Below are positions 57,732 through 64,000 of a stretch of 64,000 nucleotides of DNA, piece by piece. Within the stretch, counting starts at the first letter, position 1; the number at the start of each line of letters is the position of its first letter. Position numbers and translations under genes: made by a program. Source of the DNA: Spirochaetia bacterium. Lineage in GTDB: Bacteria > Spirochaetota > Spirochaetia > UBA9216. Where the stretch lies: contig CAXXYH010000001.1 in the NCBI GenBank assembly GCA_963677925.2, forward strand, positions 133,879-197,878, in the 5' to 3' direction. The notes beneath the pieces were generated by a model. The model did no database searches. It was given only the letters and a program-made list of their open reading frames with translations, and had not been told where the DNA came from.

Positions 57732-59129
57732 ATGAAATCTAACAGATTATTTTTCCTGATTATTATTTTAACAACGTTGATGATTCCGGTTTTTGCACAG
57801 GATGCTGAATCCGGCGGTTCAGGTGCTGATTTCGGTCTGGGACTCCTTCTTGGTGTAGAAACATTTGATACACTCGGCGGAACCCCGGAAACTTATCAGA
57901 CTATAGCACTTCAGCCTGATCTTGCAATAGGAAATTTCGGTGTAGGACTTGACGTAGTTCTTCATTACAGGTTTGTAGATCCAGCTGATAATGACGGCAG
58001 CAGTTTTGATATCCGTGAAGAAGACTGGGTAATTGAAAATGGAACTTTTGCAGATTACCTGGCATTGTACATGCCGAAAATCACCTATGTCAGATATGGT
58101 TACAAGGGTGATCCTCTATATGTAAAATACGGACAGATAGAAGATGCTACCCTTGGTACCGGGTTTATAGTAAGCAATTATTCAAATACACTCTTTCAGC
58201 CGAATGAAAAAATTGCCGGTCTGAATTTTGATATGGACGGTACACTTTTTAAATTTCCATATGTAGGACTTGAGACCTTTGTAGGTAATCTGGCCAGCTT
58301 TGATGTAATAGGCGGTAGAATTTATGCAAGGCCGATGATTTGGTCTGAAATTCCCGTACTTAAAAATCTGGAATGGGGTATTTCCGGTGCATGGGACACC
58401 GCTCCTGATTACCGTGAAGAGTATTTTGATTCTACTCTTACTGCCGACACCGTTTTTATATGGGGTACCGATATTATTCAGCCTGTTCTTAATCTACCCT
58501 TCCTGAGTCTTGCCCTTTTCGGGGATGTTGCTTTCCAGGGTGCAAATCATGGTGAGATGATCGGATTCGGCGGAAGAATTATAAGCATTCTTCCATATGT
58601 ATTTCAGGTTCGATTCCTCGGAGAAAATTTTATTCCTTCCTATTTTGATTCAACCTATGATATTTACCGCGGCACAAAGTTCGCGATATTGAATTCAGAT
58701 ACCACGGTTATAGACCCAAGCGTAGCGTGGATGGCCACCACAGGTATTTCGCTGTTTGATGATATGCTGATGTTTACAGCTACAGTGGACGGGCCCTTTG
58801 AAGCCGTACCTGAACTTGGTGCCGGCGAAACAGTGCATGATTATTACTACACTGATTACCCGCATATGCTTGCAAGGCTAATTCTTGGTGAAGGTTTAAT
58901 ACCCAAGTTCTCTCTTGAGGCATCTTATGATAAAAAATATATCACCTCTTTCAGTGACCTGATAGCAGGTGAAGATAGTTATATTAATTTGGCGGTCAAC
59001 TATGATGCAGGAGGCGCGGTCGTAACCTTATCATATGACCTTCTGTACAATCCGGATGATGATCCGGAGCTCACTATGGATGATTATACCGTCAATTCCA
59101 CTCTAAGCTGTTCGCTGCAGCTGTTCTGA
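57732..59129 (+). CDS. Predicted outer-membrane beta-barrel protein
   Basis: Signal peptide (VFA|Q), amphipathic strands, C-terminal Phe; paralogous to the C-terminal part of the next gene. Confidence 0.7.
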   Translation: MKSNRLFFLIIILTTLMIPVFAQDAESGGSGADFGLGLLLGVETFDTLGGTPETYQTIALQPDLAIGNFGVGLDVVLHYRFVDPADNDGSSFDIREEDWVIENGTFADYLALYMPKITYVRYGYKGDPLYVKYGQIEDATLGTGFIVSNYSNTLFQPNEKIAGLNFDMDGTLFKFPYVGLETFVGNLASFDVIGGRIYARPMIWSEIPVLKNLEWGISGAWDTAPDYREEYFDSTLTADTVFIWGTDIIQPVLNLPFLSLALFGDVAFQGANHGEMIGFGGRIISILPYVFQVRFLGENFIPSYFDSTYDIYRGTKFAILNSDTTVIDPSVAWMATTGISLFDDMLMFTATVDGPFEAVPELGAGETVHDYYYTDYPHMLARLILGEGLIPKFSLEASYDKKYITSFSDLIAGEDSYINLAVNYDAGGAVVTLSYDLLYNPDDDPELTMDDYTVNSTLSCSLQLF

Positions 59130-59143
59130 GGCAGGAGGATTTT

Positions 59144-61408
59144 ATGATCAGACGACTTAATTCAGCCATTTTAATAATTTTTACACTTCTATTTTTAATC
59201 GCAGTTTTTCCGGCTGCAGCTCAGGATCAGATAAATCCTACTGCATTTCTGGTTTACTACGATGATGACTTCGAACTGGAAATTTTTGACAGTGCCGGTG
59301 AATATATTGGAGATGTCTTTACCGGCATGGAACTTTTTCCGGGTGCAACAGTAAAGACCTATAATTCAACTGCTGAAATTCAGCTGGATCCCAACGGTTC
59401 CATTCTAAAGATATCTGAAAACTCTGTTTTTCAGATTGAAGCATTTCAGCGTACGGCAGATGAATCAAATGATTTCTCACTTTTCAACGGTAAATTGAGG
59501 GTAATAGCTGCCAGGGCCGGACTTGGATTTGAGAACTACTCTATTGTGACTCAGTCGGCAGTCTGCGGTGTCCGCGGGACCGACTTTGTTATTGACTCCA
59601 TCGGCAAACTGGCTGTTAAGGATGGAGCAGTTGCATTTTCCAGTCTTCTCAACGGAGATACAATAGATGTTTTAGGCGGTCAGGTGGCAGATGTTTTTGC
59701 TGATGTTTTTACAGCGGCCGCAGTGCCTGCATCGCAGCTTGGTGAATATTTCAATGACATGCAGTTCAAGGGTGTGGATCCAGGACAGGTTCCCGGTCAT
59801 ACCGTTACCCCTGATGAGCCGGAAGAAGAAACTGAAAAGGAAGCCGAAGAGGAAGAACCTCAGGCCCCCGAAGAAAAAGCTGTTGAAGAACCGGAAGCAG
59901 AAGCGGAAACTGCTCCTGAACCTTCCGCAGGTTCAGCCGCCGGTATAATTTCCGGAAAGCCTGCCTCAAGAGGCGGTTCCGGCGATTCAGAAGGTGATAA
60001 TGAAGAAAAGAAATCCGCTGAACCAGGACCCTTTGATGATCTTTTATCAGATATAGGGGATTTTCTCGGTTTTGAAATTGGTTCGGTCACTATAGACGGT
60101 GAAACATACGCCAAGGCGGTTATGCAGCCTCAGTTTGAGATTGGCAAGTTCAGAGCGGGTCTGTATCTGCCTGTCATATATCAGGACAATCTTTTTGATC
60201 CAGACTCCTGGTACCATCCTTCAGGAAACGATGAATGGTCTTTCGGTACTGATCAAAACGGATGGGTGGATGTCAGCCTTGATATAGTCAGCGATCTGTT
60301 TCTCAAAATAAGATATCTTCAGTGGGGAGATAACGGAGATGATTTCTACCTGAAATTCGGTAATTTAAACAACATGACAATTGGTCATGGAATCCTAATG
60401 TATAATTATGCTAACGACACCGAATTTCCCGCAATCAGAAAAGTCGGTCTTAATACCGGTATGAAGTTTGAATACATAGATTTTGAAGCTGTTATAGATG
60501 ATGCCTCTGCACCATCAATCTTCGGAGGACGCTTTGTTGTTAAACCCATGGGTACTAAATTCCCTCTGGGTTTTGGGCTGTCAGCTGTAGCCGATATAAA
60601 CCCCGACTCAGAGCTTGAATCAGACAGCGGTCTTTTTGATCCAATGTTTGTTAATCCTTCTTTCGATATTGAACTGCCGCTCAGCATGATTAACATGACT
60701 CTGTTTGCTGATACTGCAACTATGCTTCCATATATCAACGGAAGTCTTGAATATTCCACCTTCTACAATGCAGCTGCATCCGATCTCGGCTCTGCGCTTA
60801 ACAATTACGGTATTGCAACCGGATTCTACGGTGATGTATTCGGACTTGATTACAGGCTTGAATACCGATACAGCAAGGGGCTTTTTACACCTGCGTTCTA
60901 TAACTCAAATTACGACAGGAACAAGACTTCCTACTACAATGCTATTCTTGCTTATTTAGATAACCCTGGCGATGAGAGTTATCAGACTGTTACCATGGGT
61001 ATCTATGGTGAGCTGGGAATGAACTTTTTTGATGCGCTTGCTCTCACAGGCGGATATTTGTGGCCATGGCAGCTTGACGGAGATACGGTCAGCCCGGCAG
61101 ATGATGATTATTTCATACTTTCTCTGGAACTTATGCCTGATGTTATACCTGTAGTAGGTCTATATGGTTCTGTAAGCTATATTAGGACCAACCTTGCTTC
61201 AAGTATAAGAGATACCGTTGACGGAGCTTCTTTCCAGTTGTTTGATACAGATACAATTTTTAATGGTGAACTTGTCTATCCATTCTCTAATAATCTTGAT
61301 GTTGCACTGCAGTTTGCAACTGCTTTAAGCAGGGATAACAACGGCAATATTACAGAAGATTCAGAGGTTTATTACGCCTTCACTATTGATACAAGGGTAC
61401 ATTTCTAA
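59144..61408 (+). CDS. FecR domain + acidic Pro/Glu linker + predicted outer-membrane beta-barrel
   Basis: FecR motif AEIQL..GSILKISENS..TQSAVCGVRGTDF; linker PDEPEEETEKEAEEEEPQAP; barrel ending RVHF. Confidence 0.8.
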   Translation: MIRRLNSAILIIFTLLFLIAVFPAAAQDQINPTAFLVYYDDDFELEIFDSAGEYIGDVFTGMELFPGATVKTYNSTAEIQLDPNGSILKISENSVFQIEAFQRTADESNDFSLFNGKLRVIAARAGLGFENYSIVTQSAVCGVRGTDFVIDSIGKLAVKDGAVAFSSLLNGDTIDVLGGQVADVFADVFTAAAVPASQLGEYFNDMQFKGVDPGQVPGHTVTPDEPEEETEKEAEEEEPQAPEEKAVEEPEAEAETAPEPSAGSAAGIISGKPASRGGSGDSEGDNEEKKSAEPGPFDDLLSDIGDFLGFEIGSVTIDGETYAKAVMQPQFEIGKFRAGLYLPVIYQDNLFDPDSWYHPSGNDEWSFGTDQNGWVDVSLDIVSDLFLKIRYLQWGDNGDDFYLKFGNLNNMTIGHGILMYNYANDTEFPAIRKVGLNTGMKFEYIDFEAVIDDASAPSIFGGRFVVKPMGTKFPLGFGLSAVADINPDSELESDSGLFDPMFVNPSFDIELPLSMINMTLFADTATMLPYINGSLEYSTFYNAAASDLGSALNNYGIATGFYGDVFGLDYRLEYRYSKGLFTPAFYNSNYDRNKTSYYNAILAYLDNPGDESYQTVTMGIYGELGMNFFDALALTGGYLWPWQLDGDTVSPADDDYFILSLELMPDVIPVVGLYGSVSYIRTNLASSIRDTVDGASFQLFDTDTIFNGELVYPFSNNLDVALQFATALSRDNNGNITEDSEVYYAFTIDTRVHF

Positions 61409-61416
61409 AAGATTTT

Positions 61417-63261
61417 ATGACTGATAATTATATTAACTCTTCCCGGAGAATTGAAGTTCTCCGGGATTCTGTCGCCCGCCGAATTGCAGCGGGCGAAGTT
61501 ATAGACAGGCCTCAGGCTGTGCTTCGTGAACTTCTTGATAATTCAATTGACTCAGAAGCTTCGGAAATAATTGTCCATATCGAAAACGGCGGTATTTCAA
61601 ATATCCGGGTAACCGACGACGGCTGCGGGATGGATGAAGATAATTTAAAGAAATGCTTTCTTCCTCATGCTACCAGTAAGATTAAGGATTTCGAAGATAT
61701 TTACAGTACGACTACGATGGGATTTCGAGGCGAAGCGCTCTCAAGTATAGCTTCCTGTGCCAAACTTACAATCACAAGCTGTTCTTCTAATCAGGATTCA
61801 GCTATGATACTTGAAGTTGAGGATGGAAAACTTATCAGGCTTGAACCAGGCAGGGGAAAACAGGGAACAACTGTACAGGTTAAAGATCTGTTTTATTCCA
61901 TGCCTGGGCGTAAAAACTTTTTAAAAAATCCTTCCTCGGAATCTGCTCAATGCCGATCCGTATTTATTGAAAAAGCACTTCCTCATATCAGCACTGCATT
62001 CAGGTATTTTACAGAGGGTAATCTCAAAATATTTCTTCCGGTTTCTGATTTGAAGACAAGGGTATTATCTGCATACAGCGGTATAATGCAGCCGGATTTT
62101 ACTTCATATTTTGAGACAGAATCTGATGGAATCAAAGTAAAAGCTGTATACAGCACTCCCTCCCAGTACAGAAAGGATCGTAAATACATTCATGTTTTTA
62201 TTAACAATAGAAGAATAAATGATTATTCCCTGGTACAGGCTATTGATTATGCATATGATGCTTTTCTTCCGGGCGGTTGTCACCCGATATGTTTTCTTTT
62301 TCTTGATGTCTCACCTGAGCATATAGACTTTAATATTCATCCGGCAAAACGCGAGGTTAAATTCAGAAACCTTCCCGCACTTCATCATACTGTGACAACC
62401 GCAATGAAAGATGAACTTTCAGGTTTCGGCAGTAAAAAAAGTATTTCGGCTGTAAATACAGCGTTCACAGACACAGAGCTGTTTACTGACTTTAATGAAT
62501 CAAAGGTAAAACCGAAGACCCCGGTACATTTTGATCACATCCCACGTGCATTTAAAACCGATCAAGTCAGACAGCAGAACTCATCTGCCTCTGAGTCTAT
62601 ATTCAGAAATGAAAGGCTTGATAGAATTGCAGCTGAAATAAAAAATGAAGACACTCCTCTTTCTTTATACGATAGAAAAGAGTTGGACAGTACTGTTGCG
62701 GAAAATTTTGAAAAGACAGCAGGACTTCTATATATCGGACAGCTTTTCAACCTTTTTCTATTATTTGAAAAAACTGATGAATTTCTTATTATCGATCAGC
62801 ATGCAGCACATGAGAGAATTATATTCAATCAGTTATCGCGAGAAGAAGGAAAAAGTCAGGATTTACTGATTCCTGAGCTTCTTGAACTTGAAAAGGATGA
62901 AGAGGAAAATCTTATCAGGAATATGAATCTTTATATGAAAACCGGCTTTAAAATCGAGAAAAGCAGTCCCGGAATCTGGCAGCTAACTGCGGTTCCTTCT
63001 CTTGCTTATTCCGGCAGTTCGAGTTATCTAGAATTCTTCAAAAGCACTAATCTGACACGTGAAGAGCTTCACAAGAAACTGTTTGCTTTGATATCATGCA
63101 GATCTGCGATCATGGATGGTGAGATTATCGACAGCATTACGGCATATGAACTTGCCGAAAAGGTTTTACTGCTTGAAAATCCACGCTGTCCCCATGGAAG
63201 GCCTGTTGTCCAGACTCTCGACAGGGAACAGCTGTATAAAATGTTCGGAAGAATTATTTAG
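61417..63261 (+). CDS. mutL: DNA mismatch repair protein MutL
   Basis: IAAGEVIDRP, ELLDNSIDS, HATSKI, GFRGEAL, DFNIHPAKREV, endonuclease motif DQHAAHER, CPHGRP. Confidence 0.97.
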   Translation: MTDNYINSSRRIEVLRDSVARRIAAGEVIDRPQAVLRELLDNSIDSEASEIIVHIENGGISNIRVTDDGCGMDEDNLKKCFLPHATSKIKDFEDIYSTTTMGFRGEALSSIASCAKLTITSCSSNQDSAMILEVEDGKLIRLEPGRGKQGTTVQVKDLFYSMPGRKNFLKNPSSESAQCRSVFIEKALPHISTAFRYFTEGNLKIFLPVSDLKTRVLSAYSGIMQPDFTSYFETESDGIKVKAVYSTPSQYRKDRKYIHVFINNRRINDYSLVQAIDYAYDAFLPGGCHPICFLFLDVSPEHIDFNIHPAKREVKFRNLPALHHTVTTAMKDELSGFGSKKSISAVNTAFTDTELFTDFNESKVKPKTPVHFDHIPRAFKTDQVRQQNSSASESIFRNERLDRIAAEIKNEDTPLSLYDRKELDSTVAENFEKTAGLLYIGQLFNLFLLFEKTDEFLIIDQHAAHERIIFNQLSREEGKSQDLLIPELLELEKDEEENLIRNMNLYMKTGFKIEKSSPGIWQLTAVPSLAYSGSSSYLEFFKSTNLTREELHKKLFALISCRSAIMDGEIIDSITAYELAEKVLLLENPRCPHGRPVVQTLDREQLYKMFGRII

Positions 63262-63265
63262 TTAA

Positions 63266-64000
63266 CTACATTATGAGGGCTTCCATTTCGGCCCTTCTTG
63301 CATAATCAGGATTCTTGTCCAGAAGTTTTTTTGCAACCTCTGAGGCCCCGCGTTCGTCACCGTTTGCATACATAAGTGTTGCAAGCTGGTAATAGGCATC
63401 CCAGTAATTTGAATCTATTTTTAGCAGTTCCTGCAGGGTCTTGATTGCAGAATCCTTATTTTCAGTTTCGATATAGGCCATAGCCAGATTATACCTGACT
63501 TTTGATTCATTAGGCTTTTTCTCAATAGCCTTTTTAAGATGTTTAATACTGTCTTCATATAATCCTGTATGCTGGTAAACATTTCCCAGGTTGTTATTTA
63601 CCGGAAATGATTCAGGATCCAGTTTATAAGCTACTACAAGATGGTTGAGCGCCTTATCGAACTGACCGTCTTCATCATAGAGTTTTCCAAGGTTAATACG
63701 CGGTGGAAGATAATCCTTATCAGCGGCAACCGACTTTTCATAAACCGCAATGGCATTTGTTATATCACCAAGGGCTTCGCTGATTTCACCCAGGGTGAAA
63801 AGATAGGCGGCATTTGATGATGAAGCCTGTACTGCCTTAACTGAATATTCCAGAGCTTCAGAATATCTCTTCTGCATTGAAAGAGTCATAGCCATGTTAT
63901 AATTCGTTTCAGCAGATTCAGGTTCAATAGCAAGCGATCTGCTGAAATTATTCTCAGCCTCTGAATATTTCCCATTTTTGTAGAGCACAACACCAAGTAA
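63266..64000 (-). CDS. TPR-repeat protein, C-terminal part (5' end outside the window)
   Basis: Tandem 34-aa TPRs (YNMAM, FTLGE, INLGK, NNLGN, YNLAM, YQLAT); the frame stays open to base 64000. Confidence 0.85.
   Translation of the reverse strand, partial: LLGVVLYKNGKYSEAENNFSRSLAIEPESAETNYNMAMTLSMQKRYSEALEYSVKAVQASSSNAAYLFTLGEISEALGDITNAIAVYEKSVAADKDYLPPRINLGKLYDEDGQFDKALNHLVVAYKLDPESFPVNNNLGNVYQHTGLYEDSIKHLKKAIEKKPNESKVRYNLAMAYIETENKDSAIKTLQELLKIDSNYWDAYYQLATLMYANGDERGASEVAKKLLDKNPDYARRAEMEALIM

Noticed and set aside
607-62869. Many 60-175-aa ORFs antisense to or out of frame within long genes (for example 825-1211, 3529-4029, 26024-26551, 34511-34915, 51589-51972)
   Set aside because: They overlap well-supported genes and show no recognisable motifs; treated as shadow ORFs.

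Overview
A gene-dense chromosomal segment from a diderm, probably anaerobic bacterium. Gene content points to a free-living spirochete (Spirochaetia); this is an inference from spirochete-type lipoboxes, the long PilZ protein, the HTH-PTS IIA fusion and the FecR/barrel-mutL-TPR order. From left to right: a type II secretion operon, 5'-truncated by the window, with atypical pseudopilins (1-9078); surface lipoproteins, namely two beta-helix proteins and a papain-like protease whose catalytic segments are in permuted order; a TPP riboswitch with thiBPQ; a barrel-caspase-PAP2 operon; uvrB and htrA; a 6-oxocamphor-hydrolase-like crotonase behind a tandem palindromic operator; comM; a soluble Mo/W-bisPGD enzyme with an Fe-S subunit; rnhA, an AAA ATPase, galM and an HTH-PTS IIA gene followed by a structured, anti-SD-bearing 3' region; a CYTH protein; tRNA-Met; a degenerate cyclase/NTPase/TPR protein with a PilZ gene; an aconitase-HD-ttcA-ComFB operon; a pore-less voltage-sensor/HAMP protein; a ~1570-aa predicted outer-membrane protein with SprA (T9SS translocon)-like motifs, followed by two paralogous barrels (one FecR-fused); mutL; and a partial TPR gene. 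I saw no CRISPR array, rRNA, integrase or transposase. The best candidates for new biology are the SprA-like/double-barrel cluster, the circularly permuted C1 protease and the voltage-sensor-HAMP protein. All family calls come from motif recognition by eye; no searches were run.
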